Shown here in pieces: positions 41,806-55,100 of a stretch of 64,000 nt of DNA. Each line of letters begins with the position of its first letter. Positions within the stretch are counted from its first letter, which is position 1. The stretch comes from Eledone cirrhosa (Eukaryota). The notes under the pieces are model-generated. The model ran no database searches. It was given only the letters and a program-made list of their open reading frames with translations, and was not told the origin of the DNA. The stretch lies in assembly GCA_964016885.1 (NCBI GenBank), contig OZ024741.1, positions 331,204,001-331,268,000 of the forward strand. The letters run 5' to 3'. Made by a program: the position numbers and the translations under genes.

Positions 41806-42227
41806 TCATCATCATCATCATTTTACGTCCGCTTTTCCCTGCTTATATATATATATATATATATAAACACATATTTATATATAATTAATGTATTTATATA
41901 TATATAACACACATATATATATATAATTAATGTATTTGCGTATATATATGTATGTGTACAGGTATGTGTTTATTATATGGAAAGAAATAGATAGAGGGAG
42001 GGAGAGTGGGAGAGAGAAAGCGAGAGAATGTCTTAGTGTGTGTGTATGTAAATCTGTGACTATTAGTTTACTGTGTATATTTGTGTTTAATGATTTCTAA
42101 TTTAAGCACAAGGCCAGCAATTTGTGTGTGTGTGTGTGGTGGTGAGTGGGTGTGGGTAGTCTATAATATTGACCCCAGTTCTTTACTGGTATTTTATTTT
42201 ATTAACCCCTAAAAGATGAAAGGCAAA

Positions 42228-42449
42228 TTAAACCTTTTAAACCGGACATATCTGGTCAGAATTATCTCATCTCTTTCTGTTCAAACTAACTGTAACTGGT
42301 CACTCATACTGTTGTTAAGTTATTGTTTTCAAAATAGATAATATCAAAATCTCATAGATTTGATACTATGTGAAATATTATGTGAGGTAAAGCCTTTACC
42401 ATGAAAATACAATAGTAAATATAGAGTAATGTAAATGCTAAAGGGTTAA
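42228..42449. mobile_element. Degenerate piggyBac-like MITE
   Basis: Right end ...gctaaagggTTAA and left end TTAAaccttt; no coding remnant. Confidence 0.4.
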
Positions 42450-42544
42450 ACCTCAGTAGATTTTGAACGTAATTCAATAAAATAATTGGGACTTTATTTC
42501 CAGACAATTCCTTGTGTCAATAACTGGATACTTTCAGCCTTTCG

Positions 42545-42575
<31 letters not shown>

Positions 42576-43102
42576 TTTTTTCTTTTAATATTCTATTGGG
42601 CAAAGATGGTGGATAAGTTTAGAATTGGTAAACTGTCATTGTGGCATTTATTTTGGCTTTTTACATTTTGAGTTCAAGTCCTGCCTAGGTTAGCTTTGAC
42701 TTCCAGATTTTCTGGGTAGATAAAATAAAGTACCAGTCAAGTACTGAGGTTGATTTAATCAGCCTTGCCATTTCTCCAAATTTGCTGGTCTTCTTTCTAT
42801 ATTAGAAGACAATATTTTATCAGGCATATATATATATATATATATATGTGTGTGTATGTAAATAAATGTAATCTGAGTTTTTCAAATATTAATAATAATA
42901 TTCGATTTGTTTGCAATTATGCAAACAAGCCTAATTTTTAAAGCCATGTTAGTAGAATGAGCCCCCCATTCTTGCTCTTGTGTTAACATGGAAACAGAAC
43001 TGCTTTTTTAATGTATGTATATATATATATAATTAAATTCATAACATGGAGAAATGTAAGGATGCAAACGCAACTTATATATATATATATGAAGCCGAGA
43101 AT

Positions 43103-43396
43103 CATTCAGTTTCCTAAATAGAATTTTAGTCTACGACTTCATTTATACCATAAACGTGGTTTTGTCTTTGCGTGTAATTATTCTCCCCGCTCCACATAAT
43201 GACGTATTATCTTCATTTTTTCCGTTCATTGCCAGGGAACGTCTCCACGAACCACCTAATAGAATATTAGTCTACGTCTTCATTTATACCATAAGCGTGG
43301 TTCTGTCTTTGCGTGTAATTGTTTTCACCGCTCCAAATAATGACATATTATCTTCGTTTTTTTCCGTTCTTTGCCATGGAACGTTTCCACGAACCA
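43103..43396. repeat. Two-copy tandem repeat, ~150-bp unit
   Basis: cctaa(a)tagaat.ttagtctacg...ccacgaacca at 43103-43254 and 43255-43396. Confidence 0.85.
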
Positions 43397-43474
43397 AAGT
43401 ATCGTCTTCCTGTCTTCCTTTGGTTGCACCGTTTTTCGAAATATTTACTTCTGTGTTCACAGATTGATTTCTTT

Positions 43475-43525
43475 AGTTTCAGAAGATCCCGTTAAGGGTG
43501 AAAGCAGCGATTCTTTGCTTAAACT
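43475..43525 (+). ncRNA. Hammerhead-like motif with a core substitution (CAGAAGA)
   Basis: AGTTT-CAGAAGA-T-CCC gttaa GGG-T-GAAAGCA..TGCTT-AAACT; a truncated, near-identical copy lies at 36331-36390. Confidence 0.5.
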
Positions 43526-44324
43526 TTAATCTGTTATTTTAATAAATATTTACTCTACGGTTCTTATATATTTGATATATATTTATCCTTCTTGAGCCCT
43601 CTTTGGATTTTAGTCTTCAAATTTATTATTATTACTATATATATATATATATACATATATAAGTAGAAATGAGATGATAGGGACTGGGGTCCATATCATT
43701 CCACTGCAAAGTGGTCGTGGAGGTGCCACGGCAAAAAAAAAAAGCACCCAGCACTCACTGTAAATGAGGTTGGTGTTAGGAAGGGCATCCAGCTGTAGAA
43801 ATCAAGCCAGAATCAGTTCCCGTCCCACCCTTGCAAGCAGGGAAAAAGCGGACGTAAAATGAAATGATGATGATGATGATGATATATGTATATTCCAGAG
43901 TCAGGCCTGATCCATGACTTGAGCTAATCAATTATGAAAAACATGCCACTTGTGAAGTGTGAATAAAAAATATATATATATTCTTGCTTACATCTCACTA
44001 ACGTCGGACAGTCTGTACCTCTCTCGCTCATGAAATCCACCCAGCTTATGCTGACCGGACAACCATGTTGCTTGTTTATTTTCCTATCTTTGGTTTGCTT
44101 TTATCCTTCTATGTTGTTTACTTGTCCCCCTCGCTTTACGCAATTTACTGGTCCCAATAACTTTTTTTAGTTATTGCTCGCACCAGCCTGAGGTATATGA
44201 TTTTTAATGCGATGAAATACCAATGATGGTTGGAAAATCACTGACGAAGGACTATTTTTATCATATGTAACCCATGTGCAACCACACAGTATTCTTCTTT
44301 CTTCTCATGCTTTTTTTATATATA

Positions 44325-44389
<65 letters not shown>

Positions 44390-44391
<2 letters not shown>

Positions 44392-45410
44392 CATCATCGT
44401 TTAACGTCCGTGTTCCACGCTTGCATGGGTTTGGACGGGGGATTTCCCACTTAAGGCAAGAGTGATTGTCTTGCTCGCATAGGACTGTCTGGCAGGTTTT
44501 CTACAGTTGGATGCCCTTCCTAACACCAACCACATTTACAGTGTGGGTCTGGGAGGTTTTTACCGTGTTGCCTACACGGCCACATTACAGCGTGGACTGT
44601 GTGTTTTTTTGTCGTGACACCTACACGATCTCATTTGTTTCGGCCTGGATGGTGTGGCACCAACATAACTTTACATAGAAGGGGGCGGTGTGGATGGGGT
44701 GGGGGTGGTGGGACGGGGGTGTATTTTGTTAGAGATGCCTACTGACTGTAGTAGGTTTTACTTTGTATTTAGGTAAGGCGGGTCTTCTCTATTACTGAGT
44801 ACCGCCAAAGGTCTCGGTCCAGTGACATTGTCTTGGTGAGGTGTAAGTGTGTGAGGTCAGAGTTTATCAGCTCGTCCCAGGTTTTTCTGGGTCTGCCTAT
44901 TCCGTGGCTACCGTCTATCTTTATTGCCCTGCACTTTGTTATACAGCTATCGTCTTTCATGCGCATCACGTGACCATACCAACGTAGCCTTCTCTCGAGT
45001 AAACAACATCTGATCCCTCTTATTTCTAATTTTTTCCTTAGTTCGTTTATGCTTTGTCGTTCACGTATATTACTATTACACATCCAGCGGAGCATGCAAG
45101 CTTCGTTTCTCTCTAGTCTGCGTATATCCTCTGCACACAATGCCCAGGTCTCACTGCCATGCAACATTGCTGTTCGTATGCAGGCATCATACAACCTGCC
45201 TTTCATTTTTAGGGAGAACCCTTTAGCGGCTAATAGTGGTATAAGCTCTCTGAACTTTTTCCACCCAGTTCTGACTCTAGCTACTGTACTTTCAGAGCAC
45301 CCTCCCCCACTGCTGATTTTGTCACCCAGGTAACAGAAGCTGTCCACTATTTCTATAGAACCCTCTGCGCAGTTGAAAGAGCTAGTATTTTGTGGGCACT
45401 TGCTGCTACT
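44390..45410 (-). mobile_element. RTE subfamily A, 5'-truncated
   Basis: C-terminal ORF nearly identical in protein to 1992-2632; begins at (TA)n; single 3' UTR unit. Confidence 0.92.
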
Positions 45411-45429
45411 ATATGTATATATATATGTA

Positions 45430-45497
<68 letters not shown>

Positions 45498-45680
45498 CCA
45501 TATCATTCCACTGCAAAGTGGTCGTAGAGGTGCCACGGCAAAAAACCACCCAGCACTCACTGTAAATGAGGTTGGTGTTAGGAAGGGCATCCAGCTGTAG
45601 AAATCAAGCCAGAATCAGTTCCCGTCCCAGCCCTTGCAAGCAGGGAAAAAGCGGACGTAAAATGAGATGATGATGATGAA

Positions 45681-45722
<42 letters not shown>

Positions 45723-46171
45723 GCACACACACACTCACATATATATATATATAAAAGCACTTCAACTGTGACTATGCTCTCTGTTTGGGTCAAGATAGTA
45801 AAAAAACTTTATTCCATTTTCATTTGTTGAAGTTCTTTAGTTTGTTTTTGGTCACTAAGGTGATGTTGAAACACTACCTTCAGGAGGAATGATTTGGAAG
45901 AACATGTCTACTGCTTCTAGCAGGTCAAACAACTGCCTAGAGGCTCCCTTTTTGGCTCTCTCACTAATGACCACAGTCAAACAAAATGTTTACTAATGTT
46001 TTTTTTTTTACAAGGCTCTTATTCCAAGTAACCATCTCCTGTCTCCTAATCTCTCCCTCTTGTATAATATCTATAACAAGGTTCCTTGTACCTAGTTCTA
46101 AACCAATAAATCAATCAATCAATAATTTCTACCGCATATTTGTATATACGACTCATATATTTGTAGAGTAT

Positions 46172-46570
46172 ATCATCATCATCATCATAATCATCATCAT
46201 TTTTACATCCGCTTTTCTAACTTGCAAGAGAGAGAGAGAGAAATTAGGAGATAAGACATGGTTATTTTGAATACAGGGCCTTGTAAAAAAAAAGGCAGCA
46301 TCTCTCCACTGGCTGCATTCCTTCATCATCTCCTCTGTGAGTCTCAGGTATTTGAGATCAGCTCTCACCACCTCTGCCCAGATTTTCCTTGGTCTACCTC
46401 TACAGTGGCTTCCTTCCACTGGGATTTCCTGGCACTTCATCACCCAGCGATAATTATCATCATCCATGCACATCACATGGCCATAACAATACAGTCTTCT
46501 CTCTTTTACACACCACTTCAGATTCCTCTTAAACCCAGTTTTTCCGTCAGTTCATCCAAACTCTGTATAT
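46172..46570 (-). mobile_element. Old RTE subfamily B-like 3' fragment
   Basis: KCQEIPVEG..RGRPRKIWAEVVRADL and a degenerate gcggatgtaaaa(GAT)n end. Confidence 0.8.
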
Positions 46571-47037
46571 ATATTGTACAATCAGCCATTACAGAGAGCA
46601 TAATAAACATATTACATATTACACTAATAATTTTCACTCATATTTTTAGCTTGTTATATATTTATATTGTACATAAAGGATAAAGGATAAAGATCCCATA
46701 ACTCCTTGTGGCACTTTTAAACCTGGTGGAGCCCAACCCTCTCCAGGTTTGAACACAGCTGATTTTTACTATAGAGGAAGAATCAACCCCAGTACTGGAC
46801 TGGTACTTTTTTTATTGACCTCGAAAGGATGAAAGGCAAAGTTGACCACAGCAGGATTTGAACTCAGAGCATGCAATGAGGTGGGCGGAATACCATAATG
46901 CATTCTATCCTACGTTTTAACGACTCTGCCAATTCGCTGCCTATATTGTACATATATTCTATATATTGTATGGTCCAACATGGCAGAGTATATAAACATG
47001 TTACAGAAACACTAATACTTTTCACCACATGCTTATA

Positions 47038-47229
47038 TGAAGGTCAGCTGAAAAGTTCATAGGCTGACCAAGATACTCTCATGGAATGACTAAATGAGGT
47101 TTATTTATCAACATAGTAACTAGAAAGAAACAATGCAACTAATAATAAGAAGAGTTAAAATTAATGCATGCAAGATTTCATAGCACTAGCATCACTCCTT
47201 CAGCTTATGAACTTCTCTGCCAACCCTTG
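47038..47229. mobile_element. mariner-type MITE
   Basis: TA-flanked ~30-bp imperfect TIRs TGAAGGTCAGCTGAAAAGTTCATAGGCTGA / TCAGCTTATGAACTTCTCTGCCAACCCTTG. Confidence 0.65.
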
Positions 47230-47274
47230 TATATGTGACTTATATTAGGTCGTTATATATTGTACTGTAGATAT

Positions 47275-47330
<56 letters not shown>

Positions 47331-47409
47331 ATATATTGTATATATATTGTATACATTGTATATATATTGGGTATATATTGCATATATATTGTACTGCATA
47401 TGTTATATA

Positions 47410-47910
47410 CAGGGTGATTGAAAAGTAACTCCCTATTTTAAAATTCTTATAATTTATTTCTTAACTATAATTTTTACAAGATATGAGAAGAAAGCATATA
47501 GCAAGGAGTTTGATTTAAAATTCAATATGGGCACCATCATTTGCCACCAGCTTCTCAAGCTGCCCAGGAACTGCATCAACTTATTTCTCCAGGAACTCTT
47601 GTGGGATAGAAGACATAACTGCTCATATTTGCCCTTCAAGTTCTTCCAAAGTCGTTGGTTTGGTAAAGTAGACTTGCTCCTTTAACCAACCCCAAAGAAA
47701 AAAGTCACAGAGTGTTCTGGCTGGCCACTCATGTGGACCACGTCGATCCATCCATCTCCCAGGAAGTGGGCATTCAGCCATTCACGAACAACAGTAGCAA
47801 AATCAAATCTTCAATATTCTCCCAAGTACTGATAACTGGCCAGATTTCATCTTGTAGCCTGGTGAGGTACCTTTTGGCATTCAATAGAGAGTTACTTTTC
47901 AATCAACCTG
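47410..47910 (-). mobile_element. Internally deleted Tc1/mariner transposon
   Basis: TA|CAGGGTGATTGAAAAGTAACTC...GAGTTACTTTTCAATCAACCTG|TA (21/22 TIR match). The minus strand gives VREWLNAHF, GPHEWPAR, CDFFLWGWLKEQVY and GAHIEF*, a transposase C-terminus. Confidence 0.88.
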
Positions 47911-48940
47911 TATATATTGTATATATATTGTACTGTATATACTATATATATATTGTATATATACTGTATTTATATTGTATATATATTGTACTGCATATAT
48001 AGCATATATATTGTATATATACTGTATATATATTGTATGAGATTTGCACCTCCAAAGTTGCTCTCTGAAGTTGTTTCTGGAAGACCAGCAGTTGCCCTTG
48101 CTTGTTATATATTGTGATATAACTTGTAGATATATTGTGTATATATTGTATAAATAAATGTATATATATTGTAAAAATATTGTATATATATTGTATATAT
48201 ATATATTGTATATATATTGTACTGTATATATACAATATATATTGTATATATACTGTCTATGTATTGTGTATATACTGTATGTATTGTATATATTGTATAT
48301 ATATATTATATATATTATATATATTGTATATATACTGTATATATATTGTATCTATGTTATATATATTGTCTATATTGTATATATATTGTATATATATTGT
48401 ATATATATTGTATATATATTGTATATATATAAAGGTATATATATTGTACTGTATATATATTATACAGTATATATATTGTACAGTATATATTGTATATATA
48501 TTGTACAGTCAGCCATTGTGTAGAGTACATGAACATGAGAGAACATGAGAGAACATGAGAGACTATTAATTTTCATCACATGTTTGTATAAGTGACTCAT
48601 ATATTTAGGTTGTTATATATTGCACTATATATAGTGTATATACATTTTACTGTATATATACTGTACTGTATATATATTGTACTATATATATTGTACTATA
48701 TATATTGTACTATATATATTATATATATAGTATATATATTGTTCTGTATATATATTGTACTATATATATATTGTATATATATTATACTATATATATTGTA
48801 TATACATTGTACTGTATATATACTGTATATATATATATATATTGTACTATATATATTGTAAAGACATTGTACTGTATATATACTGTATATATACATTGTA
48901 CTATATATATTGTATATATATATTGTACTGTATATATTCT
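47911..48940. repeat. TATATATTG(TAC) minisatellite
   Basis: Degenerate 9-14-bp unit, also at 47255-47400 on the other side of the Tc1/mariner insertion. Confidence 0.9.
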
Positions 48941-49329
48941 CTAATCCGCCATTGTAGAGTACATAAACATGTTAGAGAGACTAAGTGAAGACTTAAGACT
49001 TGCAATAACTGTTTAATAAGATGGACAGCAGGGGTCAGTGTGAGACATTGTCTAAAGCTCTCCAGGGAGAGAAGAACAAGAAGTAATAATAAAATTCAAT
49101 ATTCTCAGACCATTCCTTGTCTGTTTCTCTTCTTCTTGGTCCTAATCAAACTTACCATTTGTCAATAAATTATCTCTCAATTCTCAATACACAACTTCTG
49201 TCTTCTGCTTCTTCCATTTCTTCTCCACCTTCCATAGTGTTTACTTCTCTTACTACTTCTCCTTCCCCATAACTCCATCTTTATCTTTCTCTTTTAATCG
49301 TCTCTCTCTCAGTCCCCTTCTTAATTTTT

Positions 49330-50480
49330 TTTTCTTGGTTTTATATGTGTCTCTTTCTCTCCCTTCTTTCTTCTCTCTTCTCTCCCTCCCTTTCTCTTTC
49401 TATCTCTCCCTTTCTCTTTCTCTCTCTCCCCCTCTCTTTCTCTCTCTAAGTCTTCTTGTCATTCTTCTTCTTAATCCTCTCTTTTTTTTTAGATTTATAT
49501 GTCTCTCTCTCTCTTACACACACACTCTCTCTGTCTTATCATTCATCTTAATTCTATCTATCTATCTATCATTCTATCTACCCCTTCTCTCTCTATCTCT
49601 CTCCCTCTCTCTTGCTCTCTCTCCCTCTCGCTATCTATCTCTTTATCTATCTCTCTATCTCTCTATCTCTCTATCTAACTATCTAACTATGTTTCCATCT
49701 ATGTCTTTTTTTATCTGTCTCTTTTCTTAGTTCTATATACTTCTTTCTCATTCCTTTACTTTCTTTGCCTTCTCTTCTTCTTTCCCTTCTCAATGTTACT
49801 TTCCACAATACCATCTCACATATATTTCTCCATTTTCCTGCCCAATTTCACCATTGTCTCACTTCTTCACTCTTTCTCCCCACTCTCTCACTTCTTCACC
49901 AACTCTCTCTCTTTCTCCCCCACTCTCTCACCTCTTCCCCCACTATCTCACTTCTTCCCCCATTCTCTCTCTTTCCCCCACTCTCTCAACTCTTCCCCCG
50001 CCCTCTCACTTCTTCACCCACTCTCTCATTTCATCCCCCGCCCTCTCACTTCTTCCCCCACTCTCTCACTTCTTCCCCCACTCTCTCACTTCTTCATCCA
50101 CTCTCTCTCTTTCTCCTCACTCTCTAACTTCTTTACCCACTCTCTCACTTCTTCACCCACTCTCTCTTTCTCCTCACTCTCTAACTTCTTTACCCACTCT
50201 CTCACTTCTTCACCCACTCTCTCTTTCTCCTCACTCTCTCACTTCTTTACCCACTCTCTCACTTAATTCTCATTCAACTCCCCACTCTCTCCCCCCTTCC
50301 CTTACCTTCTGTGTCATTTCTTTCTCCTTAACTCCCCCCTTTCTTTCACACACACACACTATCTCTCCTTTTCATGTTTCCTCTCTCTTAAGCTGTAGCC
50401 CCTCTCCCCTCCCCGTCTCTCTCACTTTCTCTTTCTCTCATTCTTTCCTCCTTAAACTGTTTCCCCTCAACACCCTCCCC
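49330..50480. repeat. Polypyrimidine tract with ~20-bp minisatellite (cactctctcacttcttcccc)
   Basis: CT-only low complexity, with clear tandem units at 49860-50265. Confidence 0.9.
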
Positions 50481-50564
50481 CCTCCAAGTAATAACAATTA
50501 GGGTTTGAAAATAGAAATTATAATTATTATGATAATCAGAATCAATAACCACCTACTTATAATC

Positions 50565-50658
50565 CTCATCTACCTCATCTACCTCATCATCATCATCATC
50601 ATCATCAAACCACCGCAACCACCACCACCATCATCATCATCATCCTCAAGACCACCAC

Positions 50659-50720
<62 letters not shown>

Positions 50721-50997
50721 CCTACCTCATCATCATTATCACCTATCTTCTCATCATCATTATCTTCATCATCACCATCTGGATCATCATTGTCATCATC
50801 ATCATCTTCATTATCATTATTAGGATCATCATCAACATCATCATCATCATTGTAATCATTGTCATGACCACTACCACCATCATCACTACCATTATTATTA
50901 TCATCATTGCCATCATCATTATAACCATTACCACCACCACCCACAATAACAACACCACCACGACCACCACCACCACAATAACAACAACAACAACACC

Positions 50998-51034
<37 letters not shown>

Positions 51035-51067
51035 CACCACCACCACCATCACCACCCACAATAACAA

Positions 51068-51102
<35 letters not shown>

Positions 51103-51135
51103 CACCACCACCACCATCACCACCCACAATAACAA

Positions 51136-51170
<35 letters not shown>

Positions 51171-51183
51171 CACGACCACCAAG

Positions 51184-51220
<37 letters not shown>

Positions 51221-51224
51221 CACG

Positions 51225-51261
<37 letters not shown>

Positions 51262-51395
51262 CACCACCACGACCACCACCACCACCACCATCACCACCAC
51301 CAGCACTATCACCACCACCACCACTACCGGTATTTTTATCATCATCATCGTAACCACCACCACTAATGCCCCCCCCCCCCCCCCCCCACCACCAG
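50565..51395. repeat. Mixed trinucleotide tract (CAT)n/(CAC)n/(CAA)n
   Basis: Direct reading of the sequence. Confidence 0.95.
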
Positions 51396-51769
51396 TGTTA
51401 TTGTATCTGTTTGTTATGAATATTCAGCAGTAAATACTGAGTTACAGATTTGTGACTGACAGAATTAGTCAGAGATGTTTAGACCAAATGTCTTGGTAGA
51501 ATTTAGTTTCAGCCTTTTATCTATCAAAGTTCACATCTTGCTGAGAGGAACTAATTTTTTTTTTTCTGGGGTTGATAATATAAGGTAACAGTACTGGGCC
51601 CCTGAAACTGCCCCTGGTTCTATGTGACCAAACTGTTTGGTTTAAAGTGTTTATATTTAAAAGTTTGCCATCATAATTATTTTTATATATTTGTTAAGGG
51701 TAGTGGCTTAGCAGTATCGGTAGAGCATCAGGCAACATGCTTGGTGGCATATAGTTACATTCTGTGTTC

Positions 51770-53190
51770 AAATAATAACTCCCTGAACTTTCTCCACCCT
51801 GTTCTTACCCTGGCTACTGTACTTTGGGAGCACCCTCGTCCACGGCTTATTTGGTCACTCAGGTAATGGAAACTGTTGACTATTTCTACAGAACCATCTG
51901 GGCATTTGAAGGAGTTAGTATCCTGTGGACACTTGCTACTTACTGCACCTGAGCATCCTCCACATATAAAACCTGCATTCCTTGATAGCCTGCTATATAT
52001 TTTATGTACCCATAGTTTGCATTTGGGACATAGGATGGAATTTCTACCTACTCCTTTCCTGCACACTGGGCAAAGCCATTTCCCTGAGGGGATCTGGGCC
52101 TTATTTTCTTTCTACATCTAGGACTTTAGTCTTTGACAAGTTAACTTTAAGACTTTTTGATTCTAGGCCATGCTTACAAGTTTGGAATTTCTTCACTAAT
52201 TCTGTCATAGATTCAGCTATGAGGGTTAGCTCATCTACATACAAAAGTTCCCATGGGCAGCCAGTCTTAAACTCTTCTGTTATAGCCTATTGGGCAATAA
52301 TGAATGGGAGAGGACTAAGGACGAATCCCTGATAAACACTTACCTGCACACTAAATTCTTCACTATAGTTATTGTTCATTCTAACCTTGCTGACTGTTCC
52401 TCTATACATGGCTTGTATAGCTTTCACAAGCAACTCATCTACTCCTAGTTTTCTAAGAGCCCACCAGATAATGGAAGGAGGGATTCTGTCAAAGGATTCT
52501 GTCCAAGTCAACAAAAGCTAAGTAGAGGGGTTTACTTTTAGCTAGGTACTTCTCCTGAAGTTGCCTCATAAGGAAGAGAGTGACAGGGGTACTTTTACCT
52601 GGCAAAAATCCAAACTGCATTTCATTAAGGTTAACTCGGTTCCTAATCAGCTGTGCGATAACTCTTTCTGTGAACTTCATGACCTAGTCAACCAACTTAG
52701 TGTCTCTATAGTTTTCTCTGTCTAGAGCATCTCCTTTGCCCACTGTAGCAGTTAATGATGATTCTGCTATTCCAGGCATATGAGACCATTTTGTATTACT
52801 TGGTTTACAATATATGTGACTATGGTGTGACCCTCCATCCCAGATGTTTTCAGTATCTCAGCAACTATCCCTGAATGTCCAGCTGCCTTGACTGTCTTCA
52901 TATCTTTGATTGCTTTACTTACTATACTACTGCTAACTTGCACAGCCATTCTCTCTGTTTGGTCAACTTGGGGAAAACTAGCTCCATCCCATTCATTCTC
53001 CTCATTTAGTAGTCTTTTATAGTGGCACTTCCATACTATCTTCTTTTCAGCATCAGTGACGGCTAGTACTCTGTTATCATTGTGGACAGACTTCTCCCCA
53101 ACGATATCACAATTTTCCCTGACACATTGCCTCACAATCCTGAACACGTCACGCTTTTGGTCCATGCTTAAATGTTTTTATCTTCTGCTT
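51770..53190 (-). pseudogene. Old RTE-PHD LINE fragment
   Basis: CRKGVGRNSILCPKCKLWVHK, MQFGFLPGKST and LYLAFVDL in broken frames. Confidence 0.88.
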
Positions 53191-54749
53191 CATGTATATG
53201 TACATATACAGTTAATAAAAGAAACAAAACAAACAAGGGATGCAAAAATACAGTTTTATTAGGTTCACGTTTGGAGGAAATAGAGGAGGGTTCAATGTTT
53301 CAGACATATTGATAATATATATATATATAAATATATATACATATATATACAACACACACACACACACACACAGTGGCATTTGAACGATTGTTATTGTGTG
53401 TATAGCGTGCCCACCATCCACCGACCAACAAACAACAATCAGGCAGACTACCAACACTACCAGTATCAAAGACTGAATATAGGTAGTATAATAGATTGCC
53501 AGTGAAGCACCATCCCACTTCCATAGTAAAGAAGAGCTGTCTTGACCTTTGCTTGACCGCAGCTATTCCGCGCACACACGCACTCTACAGAATGTCTCAG
53601 TTGTACAAACGGTGGACAACAGAGGCCACGTACTGTTCCTCTCCAACTAAAAACTTTCCCCCTCGGAAAAAACCCCAGTTGATGGATGCAAAATCCGAAA
53701 TATAGGGACAATTAAATCTCTTCCAAGGTAACTCTATCTCGTGTTATTATTTTTACACTTTTTTATACGGCCCTTTATGGTCTGAGTTCAAATCCCGCTG
53801 AGGTTAACTTTACCTTTCATCCTTACGGGGTTGATAAAATAAAGCACCAGTAATACACTGGGATAATTGCTGGCCTTGTGCCAAAAGTAGAAACAATTAT
53901 TTTTACACTCTTTCCTACGTTCCTCTACACACTATACATCTCATTCTACATTTCCTCTTACATCTCTCTCTTCTCCACCGGATTCGGTTACCTGGAGATT
54001 TACTCACATCTGCATTGTTGAGGCTTCCAAAACGACCAATTTTTTATTATTCCGCAATGCTTCAAGCAAACTTCAACACTCTCTTATATATATCTGCAAT
54101 ATATATTTAATTGGCAGTAACACTAAGACAGTGTTTAAGTATAGTAGAAGGGTGTATGAAAACATATATAAACATATATTATACGTTTATATGCAATAAA
54201 CATATGGGTAGCCTCCTGGCTGCTGAAGAAAAATATTTTTTTGTAATAAAAAGATTATATTTTTCTCTGTTTTCCTCTATGAATATATCACAGAATTGCC
54301 AGTACGTTTTAAGAATATTAGGCAGTCCTGTTTCAAGATTTGTTAATCTTTCATCAGTGATACTCACTCAACATGTACTGGCATGAAATAGACTAGAGTT
54401 TATATAGAATTTACATGATGATCATTTCTTATATATCATCCATTTATGTCCACTAGTCCATGTTTACATGGGTTGGATGGGTCTTTTCCTGCACAGCTTC
54501 CCTCCACATTGTGTCTCTTTGTCATCACCCTTGTCAAGTTAAGTCTTTTAAGATATAGCTGATTAATTGAATATCTATTTTATCTCCCAATCTATCAGCT
54601 GAGCTGTGTTCTGTCATTCATACACACTAACATTACACATCTAGGGAAGCATACTTGCCTCTTTAGTTGAGTTGATAGAAAAAAAGCACTCAGTTGACCC
54701 TCTAAGTTGGGAGTGCCAGTGATAAAATAAAAATATTAGTCCAGGGTGG

Positions 54750-55100
54750 TCATCATCATCATCCACTTTATCAAACAACGTTGCTGGGCCATGGTCTTAG
54801 TAATTGATACATTCTCTCCAGCTATCCCTTTCTTTAGGCACCAAAGTGGTGGATTAGCCCAAATGTTAGAACACCACTGGAGATATCTTGCAGTATTTGA
54901 TTTGGCTGTTGGTATTTGGAATTCAAATCTCATTGTGGTCCTTGGGTGATAGACTTTATTCAGCGACTGGTTTAATCCCACTATAGCAGCATCATGGAAA
55001 TATCCATAGAGGCGAAGAGTGTCATATGGTGTTATGACCTTCCACATGATCTAGCTTGGGTGAGTGTTGACTGTGTAGCAGAAAATGCAGACTTCATAAT
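54750..55100 (-). pseudogene. Old LINE 3' fragment (CR1/L2/Jockey-like)
   Basis: YHPRTTMRFEFQIPTAKSNT...SNIWANPP resembles CR1/L2 ORF2 ends, and is followed by a (GAT)n tail. Confidence 0.4.

Noticed and set aside
44241-44255. CTGACGA-AGGAC hammerhead 5' half
   Set aside because: No matching GTCC-GAAA downstream; at most a truncated relic.
50505-51363. Poly-Asp, poly-Ser and poly-Val ORFs resembling acidic or biomineral proteins
   Set aside because: Trinucleotide repeat tract open in several frames, with no signal peptide or splice evidence.
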